Shown here piece by piece: positions 9,182-19,562 of a stretch of DNA of 64,000 bases; position 1 is the first letter of the stretch, and every line of letters starts with the position of its first letter. Source of the stretch: Patescibacteria group bacterium (lineage in GTDB: Bacteria > Patescibacteriota > Patescibacteriia > UM-FILTER-42-10). Both the position numbers and the translations under genes were made by a program. The stretch is from the NCBI GenBank assembly GCA_041664365.1, contig JBAYKW010000002.1, forward strand, positions 11,858 to 75,857, read 5' to 3'. The notes under the pieces are model-generated. The model made no database searches and was not told the origin of the DNA. It was given only the letters and a program-made list of their open reading frames with translations.

Positions 9182-10111
9182 ATGATTTATGATTTGATAA
9201 TAATTGGCGCATCAGCTGCTGGCATATCTGCCGGTATTTATTCCGCCAGAAGAAACCTGAATTTTTTGATAATTTCCAAGGATATTGGCGGAGAAGTGGC
9301 GAGGTCCGGTGAGGTTTGGAATTATCCAGGTTATCCGCAGACAGACGGAGTAGCTTTAAGCGAAAAATTTAAGGAGCATATCCTACTAAATAATATTACA
9401 CCGGAAACAGTGGTTACGGTTAAGGGTGTCAGAAAAGAGGATGGTAAATTTTATGTTGATGCGAGCAAGAACGGTTCAGATATTACATATGAAACAAAAA
9501 GCGTGATCGTGGCAACCGGCGTGGAACCACGGCATTTGGGAATCCCCGGTGAAGAAGATTTCAGAGGCAAGGGAGTAACCTATTGCACAACCTGTGACGG
9601 TCCGTTATTTCGCAATAAGGTTGTCGCGACAATTGGCGGTGGTAATTCCGCCCTGGAATCCGCGTTGATGCTTTCTGAAATCGCAACCAAAGTTTATCTG
9701 GTGAATCGTAATGAAGCAATGTCGGGTGAAGGCGTGTTGATTGATAAAGTAATGGCTGCCAAAAATATTGAACTGATTACCAACGCGGAAACAACAGAAA
9801 TAATCGGCGAGCAAATAGTTAAAACGTTGAAATATAAAGACAGAAAAACGGATGAGGAAAAAGAATTGGCTGTCCAGGGAATATTTGTTCACATTGGGAA
9901 CATCCCGAATTCCGGCATGATTGATATTGTAGAAAAAAATAAATTCGGGGAAATAATGGTTGACCGATTGGGCAAAACAAATGTTGCCGGAATATTTGCT
10001 GCGGGAGACGTCACAGATATACCATACAAACAAATTGCCATCGCGACCGGAATGGGCGTCGTTGCCTCCCTTTCGGTTGTTGATTATTTGAATAAATTAA
10101 AAAATGATTAA
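9182..10111 (+). CDS. trxB: thioredoxin-disulfide reductase family
   Basis: GKGVTYCTTCDG, GGGNSA, FAAGD. Confidence 0.85.
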   Translation: MIYDLIIIGASAAGISAGIYSARRNLNFLIISKDIGGEVARSGEVWNYPGYPQTDGVALSEKFKEHILLNNITPETVVTVKGVRKEDGKFYVDASKNGSDITYETKSVIVATGVEPRHLGIPGEEDFRGKGVTYCTTCDGPLFRNKVVATIGGGNSALESALMLSEIATKVYLVNRNEAMSGEGVLIDKVMAAKNIELITNAETTEIIGEQIVKTLKYKDRKTDEEKELAVQGIFVHIGNIPNSGMIDIVEKNKFGEIMVDRLGKTNVAGIFAAGDVTDIPYKQIAIATGMGVVASLSVVDYLNKLKND

Positions 10112-10128
10112 ACATTGATCACATATCT

Positions 10129-12354
10129 ATGATAAAAAAATACACAAATATAATAATAATCGCAGTTATTGCAGTAATTGCCGGCGTGGGAATATATTGG
10201 TATTCACAATACAGTACAGAGGAAATTTATGTTGATGCTTCATTGTCTAATGATAAGCAAACAGCGCTTGCAGCAACGCTTGCTTATCAGCAGGGTGATG
10301 TTATGGCGCAAATTGATGCTGCTGAATGGGGAATTGTGGAAACGGATACAGTCTTGCATGAAGGCGATGCCGTCAAGACCGGCCTTGATAGTAAAGCGAT
10401 TATTGAACTGGAGAACGGTGATGTATTACGGTTAGGCTATTCGACAGAAATATCGCTGACTAGCCTGAATGAATCCGGTGTGCTGATAAATCAGGTTTCC
10501 GGTGCCAGTTATAACCGGGTGACAAAGAATCTCGCCCGCACATATAAGGTCCAAACAGATGATGCAACAGTAGAGGCTTTGGGTACGGCATTTAATGTTG
10601 TTAAGACACCGGAACAAATGGATGTTACAGTAGTGGAAAGTAATGTAAACGTTATTACTGATGTTAATAAACAAGCATTGGCAGAAGGTAAACGGGGATC
10701 AATTAAGAATAAAGAAATTGAAATTTCGGACATCGATCCGGAAACCCTGAAAAATGATTGGTATACCTGGAACAAGGAAGAAGATTCCAAAAATGACGAT
10801 AGTCTTGGAGTACTGGAGCCGTTTGCCGGTCCGGATGTTATAATCACAAATCCTGTTGACGTTACGACAGTAACAAATCCCGGAGTAACCATTACCGGGA
10901 CAGTATCCGATGTCAGCGCCAAAATATCAGTTAACGGAACGGAAATAGCTAACAATGATGGAGCGTTCAGTCATGCAGTAATATTAGTTGCCGGTAAAAA
11001 CATGTTTACGGTAATTGCAGAAAACAGTAGCGGGTATAAGACAGTCAAAGAAATTAAGGTAATTTATCAGGCAGCATCATCGGCAACCCCGATTAAACTG
11101 GAAGCAGCAACCGAAGACGACGGTGTTCATCTTTCTTGGAGTAAGTCGACCGGATCCACATTCCAATATTACAAAGTAGTGCGTTCGGAGAATAATGCTA
11201 ACCTGAACTTTCCTGATGACGGATATATTGCAGCTTTAGTAATCGGCGAAGAATCTTATACGGATAAAGATGTGTCAGAAAATGGAACTTATTATTACCG
11301 TGTTTGTGAGGTAATGGCCGGCGATCAGGTTTTCTGTTCTAATGTCGCTCATATGAAGGGTAAAAAGGCACAAGAGCAAGAACAGGAACAGGAGCAGGAG
11401 CAAGAACAGGAACAGAACAATGAACGGGTTGGCATATTTCTTTCCGGTGAAGCTAAAACCGGCGGAATATTCTTGGAGTGGGAAGTTGAGAATATGACCA
11501 TCTCAAACGGTTTTAAGGTGGTTAAAGGTACTTCCGCCAATCCGGTCTACCCGGGTAGTGATTATAAACTGATTACTGATAATAATCTGACCAGCTACGC
11601 TTGGGATTTAACCGATGGAAAAACATACCATTTTCGAGTATGTGAGTATGATGGTTCCGGATCGTGTCTGGTTTACAGTAATGATATCAAAGTTACTGCC
11701 ACGGGCGGTTCCGATGACGAAGAAGATTCCGAAGGTTCAGCATCTGTAATATCTGTAACAGCAGAAGAAACCGGTGTGGGCATTTGGTGGACGGATACTT
11801 CCGCAAATCCCGGATTTAAGTATTATAAAATTGTGCGATCGGAGACCAATCCAAATTTGAGATATCCAGAGGATGGCTATATTGCAGTAAAACCGGAAGA
11901 TGATACAAGTTATCGGGATTTTTCCGCGGTAAATGGCACGAGTTATTACTACCGCATCTGTACGGTAGGTGACACTACTTTCTGCAGTAATGTTATCCAG
12001 GTTACAGCAATCAATAATAATGCCGTACCTTCAGCAGTTACCCTATCGGGCAGTATTGATGAAGGTAAATTGACTTTGAGTTGGACCAAATCGAACGAAG
12101 CGGACTTTAAGTATTACAAACTGGTATGGTCCAAAACCGATTCTACTCCGCAGTATCCAACTGACGGATATATAAAGGCAATTTCCAACATTGAATCATT
12201 AAGTTATGAGGATGAAGGTGATAAATCCGGATCGCGCACCGAAGACGAGAATTTAACAGAAGGTACTCATTATTATTCAATTTGTGTAGTTGATCAGGCA
12301 GATCAGGTAAAATGTAGTAACACGGTAACACTGACTGAAGGGGAAGTGCAGTAG
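10129..12354 (+). CDS. membrane-anchored FecR-domain protein with Ig-like and four FN3-like repeats
   Basis: N-terminal TM, L.EGD.VKT...ALGTAF FecR-like motifs, repeated YYKVVRS..YP.DGY..YYRVC..CSN, (EQ)n linker. Confidence 0.7.
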   Translation: MIKKYTNIIIIAVIAVIAGVGIYWYSQYSTEEIYVDASLSNDKQTALAATLAYQQGDVMAQIDAAEWGIVETDTVLHEGDAVKTGLDSKAIIELENGDVLRLGYSTEISLTSLNESGVLINQVSGASYNRVTKNLARTYKVQTDDATVEALGTAFNVVKTPEQMDVTVVESNVNVITDVNKQALAEGKRGSIKNKEIEISDIDPETLKNDWYTWNKEEDSKNDDSLGVLEPFAGPDVIITNPVDVTTVTNPGVTITGTVSDVSAKISVNGTEIANNDGAFSHAVILVAGKNMFTVIAENSSGYKTVKEIKVIYQAASSATPIKLEAATEDDGVHLSWSKSTGSTFQYYKVVRSENNANLNFPDDGYIAALVIGEESYTDKDVSENGTYYYRVCEVMAGDQVFCSNVAHMKGKKAQEQEQEQEQEQEQEQNNERVGIFLSGEAKTGGIFLEWEVENMTISNGFKVVKGTSANPVYPGSDYKLITDNNLTSYAWDLTDGKTYHFRVCEYDGSGSCLVYSNDIKVTATGGSDDEEDSEGSASVISVTAEETGVGIWWTDTSANPGFKYYKIVRSETNPNLRYPEDGYIAVKPEDDTSYRDFSAVNGTSYYYRICTVGDTTFCSNVIQVTAINNNAVPSAVTLSGSIDEGKLTLSWTKSNEADFKYYKLVWSKTDSTPQYPTDGYIKAISNIESLSYEDEGDKSGSRTEDENLTEGTHYYSICVVDQADQVKCSNTVTLTEGEVQ

Positions 12355-12374
12355 AATTTGTATTTGGAATTAAT

Positions 12375-12402
12375 ATAGGCGAGAATGCGCATTCTCGCCT
12401 AT
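12375..12402. terminator. perfect palindrome, probable terminator
   Basis: ATAGGCGAGAATGC/GCATTCTCGCCTAT. Confidence 0.55.
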
Positions 12403-12413
12403 TTAGTATTGAT

Positions 12414-12460
12414 TTGACATCGTCCTCTATCAGTAGTATGTTAAATAGTAATCATTCCTA
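12414..12460 (+). promoter_or_regulatory. promoter with Fur/PerR-like 7-1-7 box
   Basis: TTGACA 12414; TAGTAAT-C-ATTCCTA 12446-12460 just upstream of the Fur-family gene. Confidence 0.5.
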
Positions 12461-12469
12461 ATAAGCATT

Positions 12470-12994
12470 ATGGTAAACAGCAGCAAAATAACCAGATTAA
12501 CCGCCCAGAAAAAAGCGATTTTAGGTAGTATACGCGATTTTTGGCCGATTCATCCTTCTTCGCAAATGGTATATCAAAGGGTCAAAAAAACTGTACCCAG
12601 CATCTCATTAGGGACGGTCTATCGGAATCTCAATTCACTGCGCGAAGGCGGTTATATTGAAGAAATTGTCATCCACAACGAACCCAGTCGTTACGACAGC
12701 CACGTTGACGCGCATCTGCATTTCAAATGTGATGATTGCGGAGAGTTATATGATATTGATAACCCCAGCCTGTTAAAAAGCCATACTAAGCGATTAAAAG
12801 ACCAGGGGTTTATTGTACAGCGGTCCAGTATCATGTTCCAGGGATTATGCCAGAAATGTTATAAAAAGGCAGATCAAATCAGTCAGTCAGAATGCGTGGC
12901 GCACGGCAAAATAGAACCGCATGTGCATAAAAATAATTCATCCTGTAAAATTTGCGGTTTTCAGGAAGAGTGTTCTTACCATCCGAATAAATAA
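12470..12994 (+). CDS. Fur/PerR family regulator with extra C-terminal Cys/His motif
   Basis: SISLGTVYRNL, HLHFKCDDCG, GLCQKC. Confidence 0.9.
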   Translation: MVNSSKITRLTAQKKAILGSIRDFWPIHPSSQMVYQRVKKTVPSISLGTVYRNLNSLREGGYIEEIVIHNEPSRYDSHVDAHLHFKCDDCGELYDIDNPSLLKSHTKRLKDQGFIVQRSSIMFQGLCQKCYKKADQISQSECVAHGKIEPHVHKNNSSCKICGFQEECSYHPNK

Positions 12995-13063
12995 AGCCTT
13001 TTGCGTTGACGGCAGTGGCAATTTGTTATAGAATTAAAGGGAAATAATCCTTAAATAAAGTAT

Positions 13064-13309
13064 ATGGCAGAAGAAAAAAAAGCCACGCCGAAAATTGCGA
13101 GAATTGAAGTCGACCGCGATGCGTGCATCAGCGTAGCCAGTTGCGTAGATATCGCACCGGAAGTATTCGAGCTTGATGACGAGGGAAAAGCAGTGGTCAA
13201 AAATGCAAAAGGCAATCCAGATGATGTTATCTTAGAATCAGCCCAGTCCTGCCCGGTAAACGCGATCATCCTTTATGATGAAGCAGGCAATAAAATCTGG
13301 CCCGTCTAG
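13064..13309 (+). CDS. single-cluster ferredoxin
   Basis: CISVASC...APEVF...SCPVNAI. Confidence 0.9.
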   Translation: MAEEKKATPKIARIEVDRDACISVASCVDIAPEVFELDDEGKAVVKNAKGNPDDVILESAQSCPVNAIILYDEAGNKIWPV

Positions 13310-13403
13310 CCGACGAGGCTGGTCGGAATAATTAGGTATCATCCGATTAATCATCTGATTAGAGAAGGAATTTCCTTCTTTAATCTTTTTTATCAGAAAA
13401 AAC

Positions 13404-13973
13404 ATGAAAGAAATAGTATTAGACATTGAGACACAAACCGGATTCGGCGCCGGTGGCCGCAATAATAGAGATATGAAAATTTCTCTGGTCGGTATTTACC
13501 GCTATGAGACAGATACATATGAAGCGTTTCTGGAAAATGAATTGGTCAATCTCTGGCCGATCCTGGAACATTCCACGCGAATTATTGGTTACAATCTGGA
13601 TGGTTTCGACATGCCAATTTTAAACAACTATTATCCGGGTGATATTACCAAGATACCAACACTCGATATCATGGATGTGATTTACAAAGTACTGGGTTTC
13701 CGGGTGAAGCTTGATGACGTAGCTAAAGCTACACTCGATGTGGGAAAATCCGGAACCGGCTTGCAGGCAGTTACTTTGTTTAACGAAGGAAAGATTGAAG
13801 AGCTGAAAGATTATTGTCTGCAGGATGTGCGATTAACCCGTGATATTTATGAATATGGCAAACAAAACGGAAAAATATTTTATGAAAGCAAAATGAGTAA
13901 GGGAGAAGTGAAAATAAATTTTACTCCTCCGGAAAACCAGACTCATTCTATGAACTTAACCTTACCAATCTAA
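13404..13973 (+). CDS. RNase H-like (YprB/DEDD-type) domain protein
   Basis: LDIET, GYN..FD, YC.QDV. Confidence 0.75.
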   Translation: MKEIVLDIETQTGFGAGGRNNRDMKISLVGIYRYETDTYEAFLENELVNLWPILEHSTRIIGYNLDGFDMPILNNYYPGDITKIPTLDIMDVIYKVLGFRVKLDDVAKATLDVGKSGTGLQAVTLFNEGKIEELKDYCLQDVRLTRDIYEYGKQNGKIFYESKMSKGEVKINFTPPENQTHSMNLTLPI

Positions 13974-14725
13974 TGAAAAAAATGTTTTCAATCAAAAATC
14001 TAAAAATATCCGTTGATGATAAAAAGATTGTCAAAGGGATAACCTTGAATATTCCAAAGGGGGAGATCCACGCTTTGATGGGACCGAACGGTTCCGGCAA
14101 GAGCACACTCGCGCAGGCGGCAATGGGCCATCCGCGCTACCGGATTGATGCCGGTAATATTAAAATAAACGGCAAAGAGATTTCCAAATTATCACCGGAC
14201 AAAAGAGCGCGCGCGGGGTTGTTTTTATCCTTTCAGTATCCGAGTGAAATACCGGGCGTCAGTCTCCTGAATTTTTTACGCACAGCGTACAATCAGGTAA
14301 AGCGCACGCCAAAGAATCCGATCACCTTTGCGGATTTCAAAAAGCTGGCAAAGGAAAAACTGGAACTGCTGCAAATGGATCCGGATTTCCTGACCCGCTC
14401 CATTAATGAGGGATTTTCCGGTGGTGAAAAAAAACGCGCGGAAATACTGCAATTGGCCATATTAGAGCCGGAATACGCTATTTTAGATGAGACGGATTCC
14501 GGATTGGATGTGGATGCTTTAAGGATCGTGGCGGAAGGGATTAACGTCGTGCGTAAAAATTCCAAAACAGGGTTGCTGTTGATTACCCATTATCAACGAA
14601 TCTTAGAATATATTACACCGGATGTGGTGCATATCATGGTTGACGGAAAGATTGTAAAGACCGGCGATGCTAAATTGGCAAAACAGATTGAGAAAAACGG
14701 TTACCGGGGGATAATAAAAAAATAA
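13973..14725 (+). CDS. sufC: Fe-S assembly ATPase
   Basis: GPNGSGKST, FQYP.EIPGV, GFSGGEKKR, DETDSGLD. Confidence 0.95.
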   Translation: MKKMFSIKNLKISVDDKKIVKGITLNIPKGEIHALMGPNGSGKSTLAQAAMGHPRYRIDAGNIKINGKEISKLSPDKRARAGLFLSFQYPSEIPGVSLLNFLRTAYNQVKRTPKNPITFADFKKLAKEKLELLQMDPDFLTRSINEGFSGGEKKRAEILQLAILEPEYAILDETDSGLDVDALRIVAEGINVVRKNSKTGLLLITHYQRILEYITPDVVHIMVDGKIVKTGDAKLAKQIEKNGYRGIIKK

Positions 14726-15244
14726 ATGTACTTACCGACTCAAAAGCAGTGTTTTGATCTTTGGGATAAATATCAAATGCCGGAACATATTAAACGGCAT
14801 TCAGCAACGGTAACTCAGGTTGCGGATACTGTTACTCTATATCTTGAAAGTCAGGGAGTTAAAATCGATAAAATTTTAGTTAATAGAGGTGCGCTGTTAC
14901 ATGATATTGCAAAAATAATAGCTGTGAATGAAAATCGTGAACGTGAACATGCAGAGATGGGTTCGGAAATTGCGGTCAGGGAAAATCTCGGTAAGGAGAT
15001 CTCGGAAATAATTCGCAAGCACTATATGAATACATTTAATGATCAATGCACTTTGGAAGAATTAATCGTCAATTATGCCGACAAAAGAGTTGCACAGAAT
15101 AAAATTGTTTCTTTGGCGGAAAGATTTGATTACATTTGTAAAAGATATCCTCGAGCTATTCCCGACATTATCAATAATCAGCAGAAATATTTTGAATTTG
15201 AAAAAGAATATCAGATTGACCAACTGGATTTGATGGAAAAATAA
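14726..15244 (+). CDS. HD/HDIG domain protein
   Basis: H...LLHDIAK...H...H...YADK. Confidence 0.8.
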   Translation: MYLPTQKQCFDLWDKYQMPEHIKRHSATVTQVADTVTLYLESQGVKIDKILVNRGALLHDIAKIIAVNENREREHAEMGSEIAVRENLGKEISEIIRKHYMNTFNDQCTLEELIVNYADKRVAQNKIVSLAERFDYICKRYPRAIPDIINNQQKYFEFEKEYQIDQLDLMEK

Positions 15245-16653
15245 TGAAGAAAAAAGTTCAAACAAAAAAAATCGTTTCAGATAAATACAAATTCGGGTTT
15301 GCCATGCCGGAAAATTTTGTGTTCAGGACACGCAAGGGTTTGGATGAGGAAGTGGTTAAAGAAATTTCCTGGCATAAAAAGGAGCCGGCTTGGATGACGG
15401 CACTTAGACTGAAAGGTTATGAATATTTTAAGGCGCGTCCCCTACCGAAATGGGGCGGTGATCTTTCGAAACTGAATTTTGACAATATTTATTATTACAT
15501 CAAGCCGACGGAAAAACAGGCTCGCACCTGGCAGGATCTGCCGAAAGATATTAAAACCACTTATGATCGGATTGGCGTTCCGGAAGCGGAAAAAAATTTC
15601 CTGGCCGGAGTCGGAGCACAGTATGATTCTGAAGTGGTCTATCATTCTTTGCAGAAAGAGCTGAGTAAACAGGGAATTATTTTTGTCAGCATGGATCATG
15701 CATTGCGTGATTATCCTGAATTGGTAAAGAAATATTTTGGTACTATTATTCCAGTCAATGATAATAAATTTGCCGCGCTCAATACGGCAACTTGGTCCGG
15801 TGGGTCATTTATTTACGTCCCTAAGGGTGTTAAGGTTAAACTGCCGCTTCAGGCATATTTCCGAATTAACGCGGCTAATATGGGCCAGTTTGAAAGAACT
15901 TTGATTATTGCTGATGAGGGAAGCTATGTGCATTATGTCGAGGGTTGTACGGCGCCGATTTACTCCACCGATTCACTGCATTCGGCTGTTGTCGAGATCG
16001 TGGTCAAAAAAGGAGCGCGGGTCCGGTATACCACCGTGCAGAACTGGAGTAATAATGTATATAACCTGGTGACCAAAAGAATGCGGGTGGAAGAAGAAGG
16101 AATCGGCGAATGGGTGGACTGCAATTTAGGCTCAAAACTGACTATGAAATACCCCAGCTGCATTTTGGTAGGTAAAAAAGCCCGGGGCGAAATTCTTTCC
16201 ATGGCGTATGCCGGAAAAGGACAGCATCAGGATGCGGGCGGGAAAATAATTCATGCGGCACCGGAAACCTCCGGCCGGGTAATCTCCAAATCAATCAGCC
16301 AACATGGTGGGCGGACGTCTTACCGCGGACTTTTGCAAATGACACCCAGAGCAGACCGGGCTAAAGCCAAGGTCGTTTGTGATGCCTTGATATTGGATCA
16401 TGATTCTCGTTCCGATACCTATCCCGATATGAAAATCAATAACCAGAACGTCCAGGTGGAACATGAAGCAACCGTTTCTAAAATCGGTGAAGACCAGCTT
16501 TTTTATCTGATGAGCCGTGGACTAGATCTGGCATCAGCTGAGGCATTAATTATCAACGGATTCATTGAACCGATTGTAAAAGAACTGCCTTTGGAATATG
16601 CGATTGAAATGAACCGCTTAATTCAAATGCAAATGGAAGGGAGTGTCGGATAA
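15244..16653 (+). CDS. sufB: Fe-S assembly scaffold
   Basis: [26 protein letters not shown]. Confidence 0.95.
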   Translation: MKKKVQTKKIVSDKYKFGFAMPENFVFRTRKGLDEEVVKEISWHKKEPAWMTALRLKGYEYFKARPLPKWGGDLSKLNFDNIYYYIKPTEKQARTWQDLPKDIKTTYDRIGVPEAEKNFLAGVGAQYDSEVVYHSLQKELSKQGIIFVSMDHALRDYPELVKKYFGTIIPVNDNKFAALNTATWSGGSFIYVPKGVKVKLPLQAYFRINAANMGQFERTLIIADEGSYVHYVEGCTAPIYSTDSLHSAVVEIVVKKGARVRYTTVQNWSNNVYNLVTKRMRVEEEGIGEWVDCNLGSKLTMKYPSCILVGKKARGEILSMAYAGKGQHQDAGGKIIHAAPETSGRVISKSISQHGGRTSYRGLLQMTPRADRAKAKVVCDALILDHDSRSDTYPDMKINNQNVQVEHEATVSKIGEDQLFYLMSRGLDLASAEALIINGFIEPIVKELPLEYAIEMNRLIQMQMEGSVG

Positions 16654-16687
16654 TGGATAATGAAAAATGTATAAATTATAATTTATA

Positions 16688-17305
16688 ATGAAAAAAGAGC
16701 GAATTATAATTGATTATCTTGGGAAGAATAAGAACGTATCCGTTTTCGTAAAAAAGGGGGAATCTTTAATTTACATTTTACTGGGCTTTAAATCCGGAGA
16801 TAAAAATATTACGATCAATCTGGAAGGTGACGGTGCGGAAGCCAGAATCTTGGGAGCGATTTTGGGTTCTAAGGGAAAAACGAATATTAATACTTTCCAG
16901 CACCATCGCGCGCCGAACACAAAAAGTGATCTGCTGATTAAAGGTGTATTTCTGAATCAGACCAGTTATCAATATGAAGGCTTGATCAAGATTGATCCGA
17001 AAGCTCAAAAATCCAACGCGTATCAGAAGAATAATAATCTGCTACTGAGTGATCAGGCGCATGTTGACACCAGTCCTAAGCTCGAGATACTGGCGGATGA
17101 CGTCCGCTGTACGCACGGAGCGACTGTTGGTAGAATAGATGAAGAGGAACTGTTCTATCTGATGAGCCGCGGAATTTCGAGAAAAGAAGCGGAAAAATTG
17201 GTAATCAGCGGATTCCTAAAAAGCATCGCTAGGGATTTGAGTGATCAAAAGACCAGGCAGAAGATTGAGATTGTTTTAGATAAGGAAATAAGAAAACTGT
17301 TATAA
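16688..17305 (+). CDS. sufD: SufD-family protein (short)
   Basis: P.LEI.ADDVRCTHGATVG, FYLMSRG. Confidence 0.85.
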   Translation: MKKERIIIDYLGKNKNVSVFVKKGESLIYILLGFKSGDKNITINLEGDGAEARILGAILGSKGKTNINTFQHHRAPNTKSDLLIKGVFLNQTSYQYEGLIKIDPKAQKSNAYQKNNNLLLSDQAHVDTSPKLEILADDVRCTHGATVGRIDEEELFYLMSRGISRKEAEKLVISGFLKSIARDLSDQKTRQKIEIVLDKEIRKLL

Positions 17306-17306
17306 A

Positions 17307-18530
17307 ATGCCGGATATCACAAAGGTAAAATTAGATTTTCCGATTTTAAGCCAAAAAATGAACGATCAGCGTTTGGTTTATCTTGATAATGCCGCAACAA
17401 CCCAAAAACCAAAAAAAGTTATTGATGCAATAACAGAATTTTATGAAAAGTATAATGCCAACACGCACCGGGGGATTTATCAGCTGAGCGAAAAGGCGAC
17501 TGCTATGTATGAAGATTCCCGGGAAAAGGTGAGAGCATTCATCGGCGCGGAAAAAACTGAAGAAATAATTTTTACGCGTGGAACAACCGAGTCAATCAAT
17601 CTGGTGGCTTATTCCTGGGGTAGGAAAAACATTGAAGCGGAAGACGAAATATTGCTGACGGAAACGGAACATCATTCCAATATTGTACCATGGCAATTGC
17701 TGGCAAAAGAAAAAGGGGCAGTAATAAAATATATTCCGGTAGATAAAAATGGCAAGCTGAATTTGGATAATATTGACCAATATTTCACGAAAAAAACCAA
17801 GCTTCTGGCGCTAATCCATGTTTCCAACGTGCTCGGTGTCGTTAATCCGATCAGGGAAATAATTACAAAGGCGCATACTAGTGGTGTGCCGGTTTTGCTA
17901 GATGGCGCGCAGTCAACTCCGCATATGCCGGTAAATGTCAGGGAGCTCGATTGTGATTTCTTTGCTTTTTCCGGGCACAAAATGCTAGGTCCGACGGGAG
18001 TTGGCGTATTGTATGTGAGAGAAGATATTCTGGAAGAAATGCCCCCGTTCTTATCCGGCGGCAATATGATCCGGGAAGTGACCATGGCGGAAACAAAATT
18101 TGAAGACCTGCCTTTAAGGTTTGAAGCGGGGACAATGCCGATCGCACAGGTGATCGGGCTCGGTGTGGCGATTGATTATCTGAAATCAATCGGTATGGAA
18201 AATATCTGGCAGCATGAACAGGAAATAGTAAACTATGCTTTAGCAAAGATCAGAGCGATCAGCGGAGTCACCGTATATGGGCCGGAAGAAACGGTTGAGC
18301 GTAGCGGTGTGGTATCTTTCGCGATTGACGGTATTCACCCGCATGATTTAGCATCTGTTTTAAACGAAGCCGGCGTAGCGATCCGGGCCGGGCATCATTG
18401 CGCCCAGCCACTACTCAGTGCTTTGGGAACGGAAGCAACAGCGCGCGCCAGTTTTTATATCTATAATGACCAGAAAGATGTGGATCAATTAGTGGATGCG
18501 ATTAATCAAGCGATTAAAATATTAAAATGA
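17307..18530 (+). CDS. sufS: cysteine desulfurase
   Basis: YLDNAATTQKP, SGHKM, RAGHHCA. Confidence 0.95.
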   Translation: MPDITKVKLDFPILSQKMNDQRLVYLDNAATTQKPKKVIDAITEFYEKYNANTHRGIYQLSEKATAMYEDSREKVRAFIGAEKTEEIIFTRGTTESINLVAYSWGRKNIEAEDEILLTETEHHSNIVPWQLLAKEKGAVIKYIPVDKNGKLNLDNIDQYFTKKTKLLALIHVSNVLGVVNPIREIITKAHTSGVPVLLDGAQSTPHMPVNVRELDCDFFAFSGHKMLGPTGVGVLYVREDILEEMPPFLSGGNMIREVTMAETKFEDLPLRFEAGTMPIAQVIGLGVAIDYLKSIGMENIWQHEQEIVNYALAKIRAISGVTVYGPEETVERSGVVSFAIDGIHPHDLASVLNEAGVAIRAGHHCAQPLLSALGTEATARASFYIYNDQKDVDQLVDAINQAIKILK

Positions 18531-18901
18531 GCATCTCGGATATTTATCGCGAAGAAATTATCGATCACGCGAAAAATCCGCGTAATTACGGAAAACTTGC
18601 TGATTTTGATTTTGAACACAAGGAGAATAATCCGGTCTGCGGGGATACAATAACGTTTCAGCTGAAATTGGACGGACAAAAAAAGGTAAAAGATATTGCG
18701 TTTGAAGGCAATGGCTGTACAGTTAGTCAGGCCGCAACTTCCCTGCTTTTTGAATCGGTTAAGGGAAAGACGGTTAGAGAAATTAAAAAATTATCACAAG
18801 CTGATGTGCTGGATTTACTGGGCCTCGACAATATTACTCCTTCGCGGGTAAAATGTGCCCTGCTTTCCTTGGAAGCATTAAAGAATGGGATTAAACAATA
18901 A
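18527..18901 (+). CDS. sufU: SufU/IscU-type protein
   Basis: NPVCGD, GCTVS, RVKCA. Confidence 0.9.
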   Translation: MSISDIYREEIIDHAKNPRNYGKLADFDFEHKENNPVCGDTITFQLKLDGQKKVKDIAFEGNGCTVSQAATSLLFESVKGKTVREIKKLSQADVLDLLGLDNITPSRVKCALLSLEALKNGIKQ

Positions 18902-18962
18902 ACCCTATCATAAGATTGATAGGTTAGAATATAGTAGCAACTCATAAATTAACCAAAAAAAT

Positions 18963-19544
18963 ATGAAATACGAATTACCAAAACTTAATTATTCATACGA
19001 TGCGCTAGAGCCTTACATCGACAAGGAAACGATGGAAATCCATCATTCTAAACATCACCAGGCTTATACGGACAACTTTAACAAAGTCCTGGAATTGCAT
19101 CCGGAATTATCGGAGATGTCGGTTGAAAAACTGCTGGCGGACGTTAATAATTTGGAAATTGAGGAGAAGGACAGAAATGTAATCCGCAACCACGGCGGTG
19201 GGTATTATAACCATAAATTGTTCTGGGAAATTATGGATCCGGCCAATACTAAAGATGCGGCATTAGTTGCAGATTTGGAAAGAGATTTCGGTTCTGTGGA
19301 TGCGTTCAAGGAAAAGTTTAATGAAGCGGCTAAATCCCAGTTCGGTAGCGGGTGGGCATGGCTCGCGCGAAATCCGGAAGGCAAACTGGAAGTTTATTCC
19401 ATGCCAAACCAGGACAGTCCGCTGCAGAAAGGGCATACGCCGATCCTGCTACTTGATGTCTGGGAGCATGCTTATTATCTCAAATACCAGAATAGAAGAC
19501 CGGAATACATTGAAAACTGGTGGAAAGTAATTAAATTAATCTAA
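18963..19544 (+). CDS. sodA: Mn/Fe superoxide dismutase
   Basis: HH.KHH, FGSGWAWL, NQD, DVWEHAYY. Confidence 0.9.
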   Translation: MKYELPKLNYSYDALEPYIDKETMEIHHSKHHQAYTDNFNKVLELHPELSEMSVEKLLADVNNLEIEEKDRNVIRNHGGGYYNHKLFWEIMDPANTKDAALVADLERDFGSVDAFKEKFNEAAKSQFGSGWAWLARNPEGKLEVYSMPNQDSPLQKGHTPILLLDVWEHAYYLKYQNRRPEYIENWWKVIKLI

Positions 19545-19562
19545 ACTTGTAAAGGAAAAAAT

